This document shows, piece after piece, positions 26,684 through 36,797 of a stretch of DNA of 57,984 nucleotides (position 1 is the first letter of the stretch; every line of letters starts with the position of its first letter). Source of the stretch: Candidatus Jorgensenbacteria bacterium RIFCSPLOWO2_01_FULL_45_25b (GTDB lineage: Bacteria; Patescibacteriota; Minisyncoccia; UBA6257; GWB1-50-10); the NCBI GenBank assembly GCA_001781035.1, contig MFKK01000037.1:1-57984 (forward strand), given 5' to 3'. Below the pieces are notes generated by a model. That model was not told where the DNA came from. It did no database searches and saw only the letters and a program-made list of their open reading frames with translations. The translations under genes and the position numbers were made by a program.

Positions 26684-28426
26684 ATGAAATCCTCAAAGCA
26701 AAAAATTTTTCTTGACCAGCAGGTTGATATTACAACAATCGCGAAACATCTTTCGCGCGTACCAGAGAAGGAGATTATATTTAATTTTCCGCGGGGAGCG
26801 CGTTTTGCTTCCTCGCTTGATAATTTTCGCGCGTTAAAAAAGAGGGCGGATTCGCTGGGGAAGAAGGTGTTAATAGAATCAATAGACGAACGCGCTCTGG
26901 AGATGGCTTCTTCCACTGGTTTTGACACCTTAAATCCTATTTTTCAGACCGACCCCAAAACCGTTCGGGATATTATTCCGAAAACGACCTCCAAACCGGA
27001 AGGCTTTAGAACTCTTCCTGTACGTCTTTCTTCGCGAACTTCGTCTAGTGTTTCTTCCGAATCGCAGGAGAAGGCTTCTTTCTGGCGTAAGAAGGCATCG
27101 CCCGCGCCTCTTCCCACAAACAGGCTTCCTTCGTTTCTTTCCGATGACGCTGTAACAGACTCGGAATCCTCCGCTCCTGTTGTTTCAAAAAAGCCCTCAA
27201 AACCTCTTTTGTTTCCGAAGAACGCGGATTCAGGTTTTGGGATCCCTTCAAAAAAGACTGGTCGTTTTCGTGGCGGAAAGTTTGCGATGTCTTTTTTCCT
27301 GCTCGGCGGTTTGATTTTTTTGGGAGTTGGTGTTTGGGTGCTTGTCGCGGTTCTCCCAAAAGCCACAGTTAAGCTTGTTTTTAAGGAGTATTTAATGCCG
27401 TTTCAGTATCAGTTGAGAGTTGATACCGGTGTTTCAACATCAAGTATTCAGGAGGGAGCGCTGGTTCTTCCCGGAGAGCTATTGAAGGCGAGCAAGAATC
27501 TTCAGATGAGTTTTCCAGCGAATGGCACGGATAAAGTTGAGGTAAAAGCGAAGGGTAGGCTTACCATTTATAACGCCTTTAGTTCCGAGGCGCAGGCGCT
27601 TGTGGAACGTACCCGATTTGAAACTTCGGACGGAAGGGTGTTTCGTTTGATTGAGGGGGTTACCGTTCCGGGCGCGAAAATTGTTGACGGAAAGATTGAG
27701 CCGTCAACACTTGAGGTTTCCGTTCAAGCCGACCAAGCTGGAGTGGAGTATAACATTCCCGCTGTTCCAAAGTTTACTATTCCCGGATTTAAGGGAACTC
27801 CGCGATTTGAGGGATTTTATGGCGTTTCCAAAGAGCCGATGACGGGAGGATTTGTAGGTGTTCAGGCGGTCGCGACGGATGAGGATGTTGTTGCTGCGAA
27901 AAAGAGTCTTCGGGAGACGCTCTTATCTTCTCTAAAAGGGGAGCTTGGAATTTTGATGAAAGAGAATTATGACGTGCTGGAAGGTTCAACGGCATTTGAT
28001 GTTGTTAAGGAGGAAGTGGAACAGCCAGCGCCGCTTGAAAAAACATTTAAGTTGTATATGGAGGCGCGTTTTCGTCAGTTTGTGTTTGACCGCACGTCTC
28101 TTGAAGACGCTATTACCAAAGACGCGATACGGGAATTGGACGCGGGCTTCCTTCTTGCGGTTAAGAAAATTTCTGTTCAGTATTTTGACCCCCTGCTTGA
28201 TTTTTCAAAAGAGCAGTTGCAGGTGAGAGCGGAGGGAGAGATTGCGTTTCGCGCCGATATAAACGTTGGCGATTTAAAAAAGGAGTTTTTTGGAAAGGAT
28301 GCCGAATCAGCGAAGAAGATTATTTTTCAGCTTCCCGGGCTTGAGCGGGCAAATCTTTCCCTGAAACCTTTTTGGGTAGGCAGGTTTCCGAAGAACGAGA
28401 AGAAGGTAGAGATAGAGATAGAATAG
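26684..28426 (+). CDS. Hypothetical single-pass membrane protein with a baseplate-J-like beta domain
   Basis: Central TM, then A.G..TIYN, TRF, VQADQAG..YNI, MTGG. Confidence 0.65.
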   Translation: MKSSKQKIFLDQQVDITTIAKHLSRVPEKEIIFNFPRGARFASSLDNFRALKKRADSLGKKVLIESIDERALEMASSTGFDTLNPIFQTDPKTVRDIIPKTTSKPEGFRTLPVRLSSRTSSSVSSESQEKASFWRKKASPAPLPTNRLPSFLSDDAVTDSESSAPVVSKKPSKPLLFPKNADSGFGIPSKKTGRFRGGKFAMSFFLLGGLIFLGVGVWVLVAVLPKATVKLVFKEYLMPFQYQLRVDTGVSTSSIQEGALVLPGELLKASKNLQMSFPANGTDKVEVKAKGRLTIYNAFSSEAQALVERTRFETSDGRVFRLIEGVTVPGAKIVDGKIEPSTLEVSVQADQAGVEYNIPAVPKFTIPGFKGTPRFEGFYGVSKEPMTGGFVGVQAVATDEDVVAAKKSLRETLLSSLKGELGILMKENYDVLEGSTAFDVVKEEVEQPAPLEKTFKLYMEARFRQFVFDRTSLEDAITKDAIRELDAGFLLAVKKISVQYFDPLLDFSKEQLQVRAEGEIAFRADINVGDLKKEFFGKDAESAKKIIFQLPGLERANLSLKPFWVGRFPKNEKKVEIEIE

Positions 28427-28479
28427 AAGCTAGAAGCTAGAAAATAGAAGCTAGAAGCTAGAAAATAGAAGCTAGAAGC
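28424..28479 (+). repeat. TAGAARM heptamer array (8 units) starting at a stop codon
   Basis: TAGAAGC/TAGAAAA units. Confidence 0.9.
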
Positions 28480-28516
28480 TAAAATAAAAGAAAAATAATC
28501 TGATATACTTATATAT

Positions 28517-29560
28517 ATGGAACAAATAAAATTCTCTCCAACAGCAGAAAAGCCGGAAAACGAGTCGGCGTTTGAACAGGTGGAAGGAAGAAAAGAAGCT
28601 CTTGAAAGAGCGCTTGAGTCGCTTCAAAAAACGCTAGAGAAACGATATGAAAATTTTCCATTCCACAATCCAAAACATTCCGAAGACGTGCGAAGTGGCG
28701 CGGTAAAATTTTTGGAGACTATAGAGGGCGTTGATTCTTCTTTAGTTACGTCAGAAGACAAAGAAATAGCCGAGCTTGTTGGGTTGGGACATGACCTTGT
28801 TCAAGACGCGGACACGCGCAGAGACGGAGCCCCACTTTCTATGAGGGTGCGTCATCGCGGCTTTGGTTTGGAGGATATATCAGGAAGAAAAACAGAGGGA
28901 AACGAAAGAAAAAGCGCGGAGGAACTTTTGGAAGAACTTGGAACATATAAAGACAAGGATGGAAAAAATGTGTTTGATGTGAAAGAAGGGTCCGTGTTGC
29001 GGGAGAAAATAATGAACGCGATAGCCGTAACATATCCGGAAACGGACATGGAGCTCTTAAAATCAAGCGGATTTAGGGACTTAAAGATTTTTCAGCAGTA
29101 CCTTACTCCTCAAAGCTCTGTTCTGGACCTTGCGATAGCGACCGCTGATTTGCGGGGTCCTCTTGCCGACGAGGATTTTGAGACATTTCGTAGAAGCGGA
29201 GACGCTGAATTCCGCGAGCTCAATGTTGCGATAAGCGAGGAGGTGGCGGGAGGAATAGAAAAGATTCCGCAGGAAAGAAGAGAGGCGATAGTAAAGAGCA
29301 TAAGAAATTGGAAAGTAACACAAATCTCATTCGCGAATTGGCAGAGATGGCTATTTGAAGAAAGCATAAATGGGAACGTTGCGCTCCAAAGCGCGCCAAA
29401 AGGAAGAGAAATAATGGACGCCTTGAAAAACGCGTATCTCCCAAATATGGAAAAAAATATTGAGGGAACAAAACGCGTTGCGGAAGAATCTCAAGTATTG
29501 AGCGCGGAAACCGAAGAGAATTTTCGGCAGGCGTTGGAAGCTGTAGGGTACGCGATTTGA
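28517..29560 (+). CDS. HD-domain-like hypothetical protein
   Basis: FHNPKHS, GHDLVQ, NE..SA, ADL motifs. Confidence 0.6.
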   Translation: MEQIKFSPTAEKPENESAFEQVEGRKEALERALESLQKTLEKRYENFPFHNPKHSEDVRSGAVKFLETIEGVDSSLVTSEDKEIAELVGLGHDLVQDADTRRDGAPLSMRVRHRGFGLEDISGRKTEGNERKSAEELLEELGTYKDKDGKNVFDVKEGSVLREKIMNAIAVTYPETDMELLKSSGFRDLKIFQQYLTPQSSVLDLAIATADLRGPLADEDFETFRRSGDAEFRELNVAISEEVAGGIEKIPQERREAIVKSIRNWKVTQISFANWQRWLFEESINGNVALQSAPKGREIMDALKNAYLPNMEKNIEGTKRVAEESQVLSAETEENFRQALEAVGYAI

Positions 29561-29778
29561 AATTTTCCTATATTACCTACTCTAAACTAGAAGGTTACGA
29601 TAGAAATATAACTCGTCTCACTAAAGCGGAAGTTGTGAAATTCATAGAAATAGATTGAAATTAGTCCTTCCGCCAGGCGGGGTAACTCCCCCCCTCCCCT
29701 AAGTTTTAGGGGAGGGTACGACTTCTGTTGACTTTTCTTTAGTTTTAGTGTACAGTATGTACAAGGTGTTTTTTTTGT

Positions 29779-30600
29779 ATGAAAAAACTTTTTGTTTTAT
29801 TTATCTTTGTTCTTCTTTTTGGGGCGGTTTCTACTCGCTCTGTTTTCGCGCATCCGGGTCCGGTTGACGCGGAGGGATGCCACGAGTGTCGGCGAGGGTG
29901 TGATTTTTGGAATTATTGGAGTGTTCCGAATGTTTTGAAGCATTGTCATCCGGAGCGCGCTTTTGCTACGTCAACTGTTACCAAGGAGAAGGGCGCTGAT
30001 TATTCTTTGCTTTGGAGCGCTGGAGCGGAAGTGAAGCAGATACTTGGCGGAAATTCTTTTCTTGTTCAATTTGAGGACGGGTCAAAAAGAGAGGTGAGGC
30101 TTATCGGTGCTGAGTCTCCTAGTGTTTTTGTTTCTGAAGATAGGGCAGAATGTATTGAAAAGAAGGAGTTGGACGCGACGGAAGCGCTTCGCGGGCTTGT
30201 GTTTGAAAAAAAGGTTCTCTTGATTCGGGAGGGAGAAGAGAATGAGGATGAGGCTCATCGGCTTTTTCGCAATGTTTATCTTGAGGCTCTGTTTGTGAAC
30301 AGAGAGATGGCAAGTTCGGGATACGCGTATGTTTCGGACATGCCGTTTCTCGCGAGAGAGGATTTTTTGAAGGCGGAAGAGGAGGCAAAAGAAGCCGTTC
30401 TTGGCCTTTGGAATCCTGATATTTGTAAAGACGTAACGAAGCAGAGTGTGTTGCGCGACAAGCTGTACGCTCGCCTTTTGGATATTCGCAATGTTCCCCG
30501 ATGGATATTGTATCTTTTAGGTGTCGCCACTCCTTTTGTTTGGCTTGTGTCACGCGGTTTGATTCAGAGAAGAAAAGATAAAGAAGAGGAAGAATCCTAA
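29779..30600 (+). CDS. Secreted/membrane thermonuclease (SNase) family protein with a Cys/His-rich N-terminus
   Basis: Signal peptide, HPG..D..GCH, VRLIGAESP, VNREM..SGYA, A..A.LGLW, C-terminal TM. Confidence 0.75.
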   Translation: MKKLFVLFIFVLLFGAVSTRSVFAHPGPVDAEGCHECRRGCDFWNYWSVPNVLKHCHPERAFATSTVTKEKGADYSLLWSAGAEVKQILGGNSFLVQFEDGSKREVRLIGAESPSVFVSEDRAECIEKKELDATEALRGLVFEKKVLLIREGEENEDEAHRLFRNVYLEALFVNREMASSGYAYVSDMPFLAREDFLKAEEEAKEAVLGLWNPDICKDVTKQSVLRDKLYARLLDIRNVPRWILYLLGVATPFVWLVSRGLIQRRKDKEEEES

Positions 30601-30603
30601 AGT

Positions 30604-31293
30604 ATGAGAATTCAAAAATATCTTTCGGAGCAGGGCGTTATGTCCCGTCGGGAGGCGGAGGAGAGTATGCGGAAAGGGTTTGTTACGTGCAACGGGAAGG
30701 TTGTTCGTGATTTAGGAAGGCAGATTGACCCGGAACGCGACCGTATTCGCGTTCTTTCTTCCTCTTCTTCCGCCGAACGAAAAATGACAATTCTTGTAAA
30801 TAAGCCCCGCGGAGTTGTCTCGTCAAAAAATCCAAAAGAAGGCTTTACGGTTTTCCAAATGCTTCCTCAATTTGCAAACCTTCATGTCGTGGGACGCCTT
30901 GATAAGGAGAGCGAGGGAGCTCTTTTGCTTTCCAACGACGGGCCTGTTACGGCTTCCGTTACATCCGAGAAGCATCTTATTGAAAAAGAATATGAGGTTT
31001 GGATTCGGGAAGTTGTGCGTCCCGGGCGGATTCGGAAGATGGAGGAGGGGGTGCTTTTGGAAGACGGAAGAACATTGCCCGCGCGAGTTTCGCGAATTGA
31101 CGACCACGCGTTTCGGATTGTCTTGCGGGAGGGGAGGAAGCATCAGATTCGAAGAATGGCAGCCGTGCTTATGCTTACCGTTACCCGCCTGAAGCGTATT
31201 CGTATTGGAGACCTTACTCTCAAAGGCTTGAAGGAGGGGGGGTTTCGCGCGTTGTCTTTTGCCGAAGTTCAGGCGTTTAAACGGAGAAGCTAG
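30604..31293 (+). CDS. rRNA pseudouridine synthase (RsuA/RluB family)
   Basis: S4 domain, NKPRG, VGRLDKESEG, EGRKHQIRRM. Confidence 0.93.
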   Translation: MRIQKYLSEQGVMSRREAEESMRKGFVTCNGKVVRDLGRQIDPERDRIRVLSSSSSAERKMTILVNKPRGVVSSKNPKEGFTVFQMLPQFANLHVVGRLDKESEGALLLSNDGPVTASVTSEKHLIEKEYEVWIREVVRPGRIRKMEEGVLLEDGRTLPARVSRIDDHAFRIVLREGRKHQIRRMAAVLMLTVTRLKRIRIGDLTLKGLKEGGFRALSFAEVQAFKRRS

Positions 31294-31322
31294 AAAATAG
31301 AAGCTAGAAGCTAGAATCTAGG
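31291..31322 (+). repeat. TAGAANM heptamer array starting at a stop codon
   Basis: 4 units plus TAGG, between convergent genes. Confidence 0.85.
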
Positions 31323-31324
31323 AT

Positions 31325-32296
31325 TTAAGGTTTGGTTTTTTTATCTTGTATCGTGTTTAGGAGTTTTTTTACTTTTTCAATACTTTTATCATCAAGGATT
31401 GAGATTCCAAGCACTTTCTTGGAGATTTTTTTCAGCTCGGTTTCTTTTTGCTTTAACTCTGCGCTTGAGACGGAGTCGCTTTTTGTAAGAAGCACATACT
31501 CGGGTTTTTTTAGAAGTCGAGGATTGTGTTTTTCCATCTCTTTTTTTACCGTGAGATATTCTTTTTTTGGATGTTCCGATTCGGCGGAGACGAGGTGAAA
31601 GAGAACCTTTGTGCGTTCAATGTGGCGGAGAAATTTGACTCCAAGTCCTTTTCCCGCGGAGGCTCCCTCAATTAGTCCCGGAATGTCGGCGAGGATGAGC
31701 TCGTAGTAGGCTCCGAGATTTGGTTCAAGTGTCGTGAATGGGTAGTTCGCGACTTTGCTTTTGGATGAGGTTAGCGCGTTTAAGAGACTGGATTTTCCGG
31801 CGTTTGGGAGCCCAATTAACCCGACATCCGCGATGAGCTTTAATTCCAGACGCAGAGAGAGATTTTCTCCCTGAAGCCCCGGTTGAAATTGTTTTGGAGT
31901 CGTGTTTCTTGAGGAACGGAAGAGAAAGTTTCCTTTTCCGCCATTTCCTCCCTTCGCGATGAGTAGTTTTTCTCCAACACGCGTGATTTCTTTTGTTTCT
32001 TTCGTCGCGAGATTTTGAATTACTGTTCCGGTCGGAACTTTTAATATCAAATCTTCTCCCGTTCTGCCGTCTCTGAATTGCGATCTTCCGTCCGCGCCAT
32101 CCCCCGCCTTTATATCTTTTTTGAATTGGAACTGATTTAGAGCGCTTATATTGGAGACGCCTTCAAGATACACATTTCCGCCCTTCCCGCCGCTTCCGCC
32201 GGTCGGGCCAAGGTGCATGGGAATGTTATTGAAAGCAACGCAACCCTTTCCGCCCTTCCCGCCGGAAACTTTTATCACTATGTCATCTATCAACAT
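31325..32296 (-). CDS. obgE: GTPase Obg
   Basis: Gly-rich Obg fold, GLPNAGKSS, YPFTTL, DIPGLIEGA, TKSD. Confidence 0.96.
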   Translation of the reverse strand: MLIDDIVIKVSGGKGGKGCVAFNNIPMHLGPTGGSGGKGGNVYLEGVSNISALNQFQFKKDIKAGDGADGRSQFRDGRTGEDLILKVPTGTVIQNLATKETKEITRVGEKLLIAKGGNGGKGNFLFRSSRNTTPKQFQPGLQGENLSLRLELKLIADVGLIGLPNAGKSSLLNALTSSKSKVANYPFTTLEPNLGAYYELILADIPGLIEGASAGKGLGVKFLRHIERTKVLFHLVSAESEHPKKEYLTVKKEMEKHNPRLLKKPEYVLLTKSDSVSSAELKQKETELKKISKKVLGISILDDKSIEKVKKLLNTIQDKKTKP

Positions 32297-32300
32297 ACTA

Positions 32301-33761
32301 TTATAGTTTTGCCAAATCTAACGTTTCGTCAATGCGGATTTTTTGCACGAAATCGGCAACATGGCTAACCAGTATCATCGCGCCCTCGTATTTATTTAGC
32401 GCCTCCGCGATCACCGGAATGTGGCGGAAGTTTATGTGGTTTGTGGGTTCGTCCAGTATAAGGAGTCCGGGCTTTTGGAGAACGAGGCGGGCGAGGGAGA
32501 GGAGCCCTTTTTGTCCTTCGGACAGGGAACCAATTTTTGTTTTTAATATTTCCGCGTTTAGGAGAAAGCCCGCCGCGACCGAGCGGAGATTTTCTTCGGT
32601 ACAATTTTGGACGACGTTTGTGAGCGAGGAGTAGGCGCTTTCGTTGAAATCAAGCGTGGAGAAATCCTGTCGGTAGTAGCCGACTCGTACGCCTTCCTGG
32701 AAGCTTATTCCTTTCGCGGTTCCTTTCGCGATTGATTCCAGGAGCGTTGTTTTTCCTATTCCATTCGGACCCGAAAGAAGAAGGTGCTGGTTTTTTTTCA
32801 AAGATATGGCTACTTTTTTTGCCGTTGTTTTGTGGTTTTTTACGACCGAGACGGATTGAATGTTTACAATTTCTCCCTGCAGGTTTTCTTCGCAAGGAAT
32901 GAAAAAGTTCCTTATTTTTTTATCTTCTTCGCGAATGTCTACCTTGTTTTCTTCCAGCTCATCAATCTTTTCGCGCATTTTTTTCGCGACGTTTCGCAGG
33001 CGGCCTCCTTTTTGCGCGAAGAAATTCGCCTGTTCTTTTCTGTTTTCAATATCTTTTTCAAGGCGTACGTTTAACATCCGTTCGCGCTCAATGCGTTTTG
33101 CTATTTCTTCAACTACGACGTAGTAGTTTCCGACATATTGTTCCACTTTGCGCGTGTGAATATCCAAGTACAACACTCCGTGGGAAAAGGAATTCAAAAA
33201 ATCCGCGTCGTGAGAAATAACAATACAGGTGTTTTTGAAATCTATGAGGAATTTTTTCAAATGCTCTATTCCTTCCTTGTCCAGATTATTCGTCGGCTCA
33301 TCAAGGAGGAGGAGGTCGGGGTTTTGTATGAGCGCGAAGGCGAGAAGAAGGCGCGCCTGCTGTCCTCCCGAAAACTGTTTTATTTTCTTTTCAAGCGATA
33401 CCGCGTGAAGATTTACCACTTGCAGAATTTTTTCACTTTTCGGGTCAATATCGTATATCTTTTCTTTGAAGGCGGACTCAAAAAATTCCCGCACGGTGAG
33501 CTCAAGTTCGTTTCTGGGAATGGTTTGTTTCGCGATCGCGACGGTTATGTTTCCGCTTACCGTTACCTTGCCCTCCTCGGGTTCAAGGTTTTTTGTAATA
33601 AGCTGAAGAATGGAGCTTTTTCCGGCTCCGTTTTGTCCCATGAGAGTTATTTTCGCTCCACCGCGCACCGAAAAACTCGCCTCATCAAGAATGGGTTTCG
33701 CGGGGCCGAAACTGAAGGATACCCCGTTGAATCTAAGAATGACATCGCCGTGGTTGTACAT
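32301..33761 (-). CDS. ABC-F family ATPase
   Basis: Two NBDs (GQNGAGKS/FSGGQ/LDEPTN; GPNGIGKT/LSEGQ/LDEPTN), no TM segments. Confidence 0.92.
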   Translation of the reverse strand: MYNHGDVILRFNGVSFSFGPAKPILDEASFSVRGGAKITLMGQNGAGKSSILQLITKNLEPEEGKVTVSGNITVAIAKQTIPRNELELTVREFFESAFKEKIYDIDPKSEKILQVVNLHAVSLEKKIKQFSGGQQARLLLAFALIQNPDLLLLDEPTNNLDKEGIEHLKKFLIDFKNTCIVISHDADFLNSFSHGVLYLDIHTRKVEQYVGNYYVVVEEIAKRIERERMLNVRLEKDIENRKEQANFFAQKGGRLRNVAKKMREKIDELEENKVDIREEDKKIRNFFIPCEENLQGEIVNIQSVSVVKNHKTTAKKVAISLKKNQHLLLSGPNGIGKTTLLESIAKGTAKGISFQEGVRVGYYRQDFSTLDFNESAYSSLTNVVQNCTEENLRSVAAGFLLNAEILKTKIGSLSEGQKGLLSLARLVLQKPGLLILDEPTNHINFRHIPVIAEALNKYEGAMILVSHVADFVQKIRIDETLDLAKL

Positions 33762-33921
33762 AATGTGGACGAATTTCTAATTCCTAATCTCTAATTTCTA
33801 AACAACACTAACATATAAGAAAACCGCAAGCGCATAGCATACCTTATTTCCTGATTTTTTTCAACCCCGTTAGCCCCGTTACAAATAGAATTTCTAGCAT
33901 TGGAGGTCGAACCTCCAAACA

Positions 33922-34521
33922 TTAGGGATTTACGCGTCTCTTTTTTTCCAGCCAGTCGGGTATCGGTTCAAAGATGATTTTTTCCCATCCGACCACTTCT
34001 TTTTCGGTTACGTCGTAATATGCCTGATAGGCTGTTTCCACGCTTCCATGAAGGGCATCTTTCCATTTGAGATTTAATTTTTCCGCAAGATTTTTTATTT
34101 TTTCTTCGCTTGGCGCTTCAAGTTCCAGAAAGGTTGGAATCCACGGCCATGTGTCTATCGTGATTTCACAATCCTCAAGTGTCCATGTTTCGCGTTTGGT
34201 TTCCTGATACGCGTGAGAGCGCAACCCTAACCTCGCGAGGAAGTCGCAGGTTGTTTCAAAATCACTTACTTCTATTGTTAGTTCCTTTGTGCCGTGAAGA
34301 GTTCTATTAATAAGCTGTTTGAGGCTTAGCGTTACTTTTTCGCCTTCATCGCGAACCCTTACCCACGCGCCTGTTTTTTGCAGTGTTTTGTCGGGGAAGT
34401 CAAACACCCGGCGTTTCATCAGATGCTCGGGATGTACGAGTTTTCCTCCCAGTTTTTGAAGGATTGTCCTTGTGTTTTCAGGCTTAATACCCAGAAATTT
34501 AGCCTCAATTTCAGTTTGCAT
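33922..34521 (-). CDS. CYTH-domain protein
   Basis: EIEAKF, WVRVRDEG, KRETW, LELE. Confidence 0.88.
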   Translation of the reverse strand: MQTEIEAKFLGIKPENTRTILQKLGGKLVHPEHLMKRRVFDFPDKTLQKTGAWVRVRDEGEKVTLSLKQLINRTLHGTKELTIEVSDFETTCDFLARLGLRSHAYQETKRETWTLEDCEITIDTWPWIPTFLELEAPSEEKIKNLAEKLNLKWKDALHGSVETAYQAYYDVTEKEVVGWEKIIFEPIPDWLEKKRRVNP

Positions 34522-34595
34522 ACGTTCTGTACTTTAACAGGATTTTACTCTTTTGGCTAGCTTATTTTGTGTATATGGTATATAGTGCTCTGCGC

Positions 34596-35858
34596 ATGAA
34601 CATAGAAAAAAGTTTCAATGAAATGGGTATCGCGCCGGGAATACTGGAGATTCTTTCCCGGATGAAATTTACTTCTCCCACGCCGATTCAGGAGCAGTCT
34701 ATTCCTGTTGCTTTGGAGGGTAAGGATTTAATCGGTATCGCGCAAACCGGCACCGGAAAGACGCTCGCCTTCGGGATTCCGATGATTCAGGCTGTTCTTC
34801 GAACGAAGGCGGAAGGGCTTGTGATTTTGCCCACGCGGGAACTTGCTTTGCAGGTGTATGAAGTTTTTCAAAACATCGCGGGACCTTTGGGGCTTCGGGG
34901 AGCGCTTTTGATTGGAGGCGAGGCGATTGGACGGCAGACGCGGGATTTGCAACGACACCCCCATATTATTATCGGAACTCCGGGAAGGATTTTGGATCAT
35001 ATTGAACGTAGAGAAGGATTGCTTTCTCATACTACCGTTTTGGTGCTTGATGAAGCGGATAGAATGCTTGATATGGGATTTGCTCCGCAATTATCCAAGA
35101 TACTTACGACTCTTCCGCGCGCGCGACAGACGATGCTTTTTTCCGCCACGATGCCCGCGGAAATTGTCCGTATCGCGCAGACTCACATGAGGCTTCCTGT
35201 TCGGGTGGAGGTTGCTCCGTCGGGGAGCGTGCTTCCGGAGGTTACGCAGGAGCTTTTCTTCGTTTCCCGAGAGGCGAAACCCTCCCTGCTTTTGAAATTG
35301 CTTGGCGAGTATCGGGGACAGATTTTGGTATTCGTGCGAACGAAATTTGGAGTTACAAAAATTACGCGTGGACTTCGCGCGCAGGGTCATCAGGCCGGGG
35401 AGCTTCATTCAAACCGGACGCTTGGCCAGAGGCGTGAGGCGCTAAACGGATTTAAGACGGGGAAGTATCGCGTGCTTGTCGCGACGGATATCGCGGCGCG
35501 CGGTATTGATGTGAAAAATATAGAGCTCGTGGTGAATTATGATTTGCCCTCAAACGCGGAAGATTATGTGCATCGTATCGGAAGAACGGGGCGCGCGGGA
35601 GTGAGAGGACACGCGATCGCGTTCGCGACCCCCGACCAGAGAGGGAATGTACGGGGAATTGAGCGACTTATGCGAATTGCTTTGCCTCTCTCCAAGCTTC
35701 CCGAATTGCCGAACGTTCCTCAAGTTTCGCAAGCAGTTTCTTTTTCACCGGAGAAACTCACGCCTTTTCGCGGAAGAAACTCCCGTTCCCCGTATTCCAA
35801 GCCTCCTCGGCGGGAATTTCACGGAGCGGAAAGAAGAATCGCTCGGAGGCACAGATAA
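34596..35858 (+). CDS. DEAD-box RNA helicase
   Basis: Q motif, AQTGTGKT, PTRELA, DEAD, SAT, ARGID, HRIGRTGR. Confidence 0.96.
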   Translation: MNIEKSFNEMGIAPGILEILSRMKFTSPTPIQEQSIPVALEGKDLIGIAQTGTGKTLAFGIPMIQAVLRTKAEGLVILPTRELALQVYEVFQNIAGPLGLRGALLIGGEAIGRQTRDLQRHPHIIIGTPGRILDHIERREGLLSHTTVLVLDEADRMLDMGFAPQLSKILTTLPRARQTMLFSATMPAEIVRIAQTHMRLPVRVEVAPSGSVLPEVTQELFFVSREAKPSLLLKLLGEYRGQILVFVRTKFGVTKITRGLRAQGHQAGELHSNRTLGQRREALNGFKTGKYRVLVATDIAARGIDVKNIELVVNYDLPSNAEDYVHRIGRTGRAGVRGHAIAFATPDQRGNVRGIERLMRIALPLSKLPELPNVPQVSQAVSFSPEKLTPFRGRNSRSPYSKPPRREFHGAERRIARRHR

Positions 35859-36767
35859 TTATTTGAGCCACGAGGCGATTTCGTTTCCAAGTATCGCTCT
35901 TTTCCCTTTAAAAGAGTGGTTTGCTCCTTTGATGATGCTGTAGGTGAAATTTGGCTGTTCTTTTTTTAGAATACCTATTACGCGCGGAATATTTCCCCAG
36001 GCGTATTCGTCTTTGTCTCCATAGATGACAAGCGTGGGTTTTTTTATTGATTTGAAGTGACGAAAGAGAGGCTCTTTGGAGAGTTTTATTTTTTTAATAA
36101 CTTCATAAAAAGGGAAGATGTTGTAATCGCCGTCGGGATTCGCGATGTCGTAGAAGCTCGCATATGAGAATATAAGAGGCAGGAGATTTGGGATTATATC
36201 CTCACCTCTCCCGTTTTTTATTTTTTGTTTCGCGGTTTTTAGAGTTTTCCAAAATGTATTTTTTCCGAGAAGGTCGTAGTAGATTCCCGTGTCGTCTCCG
36301 CCACAGAGAAGGATGTATGTTTGTATTTCGTTTTTTGGTTTGTAGAAGTTGTAGACGCAGATTTTGTTCGCGCCCGTTGAGGAGCCCGCGAGATAGAGCG
36401 TTTTGCATCCGCGTTTTTTTAGAAAGGCAATCGCGCCCTCAATGTCTTCAACGCACTCCTTGATTTTTTCGTGCGCCATGCCGCACTTTTTCCCGCTTAT
36501 TTTTTCGTTTTTTTCAACATCAAGTTCGTGGACTATGTGCGCTCCGCGGTTGTTGAAGTAGAGGGTGGAAATCCCTTTTTTTTCAAGCGCTTCCGCGACG
36601 GGAAGCTTGTTTTTTGTATTATAAAAGACGGATGAACCTCCGTTGCCGTGGAGATAGATGAGGGCGCGAGCGGATTTTTTCACTTCGTAAAAAAGCCCCG
36701 GGAGAGTTAGGCCGTCTTTGGTTTTGAATTCAACAAAATTCGGGGGCAGTGTTTCTTTATTTCGCAT
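35859..36767 (-). CDS. Alpha/beta hydrolase
   Basis: IYLHG, GSSTG nucleophile elbow, YGDKD, GANHSF. Confidence 0.85.
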   Translation of the reverse strand: MRNKETLPPNFVEFKTKDGLTLPGLFYEVKKSARALIYLHGNGGSSVFYNTKNKLPVAEALEKKGISTLYFNNRGAHIVHELDVEKNEKISGKKCGMAHEKIKECVEDIEGAIAFLKKRGCKTLYLAGSSTGANKICVYNFYKPKNEIQTYILLCGGDDTGIYYDLLGKNTFWKTLKTAKQKIKNGRGEDIIPNLLPLIFSYASFYDIANPDGDYNIFPFYEVIKKIKLSKEPLFRHFKSIKKPTLVIYGDKDEYAWGNIPRVIGILKKEQPNFTYSIIKGANHSFKGKRAILGNEIASWLK

Positions 36768-36797
36768 CTGTCCATTATACTGGAGAGAGGAAAGGAT

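Noticed and set aside
26684..28426. Prophage, suggested by the baseplate-J-like domain
   Set aside because: Single TM-anchored gene among housekeeping genes, with no other phage structural genes.
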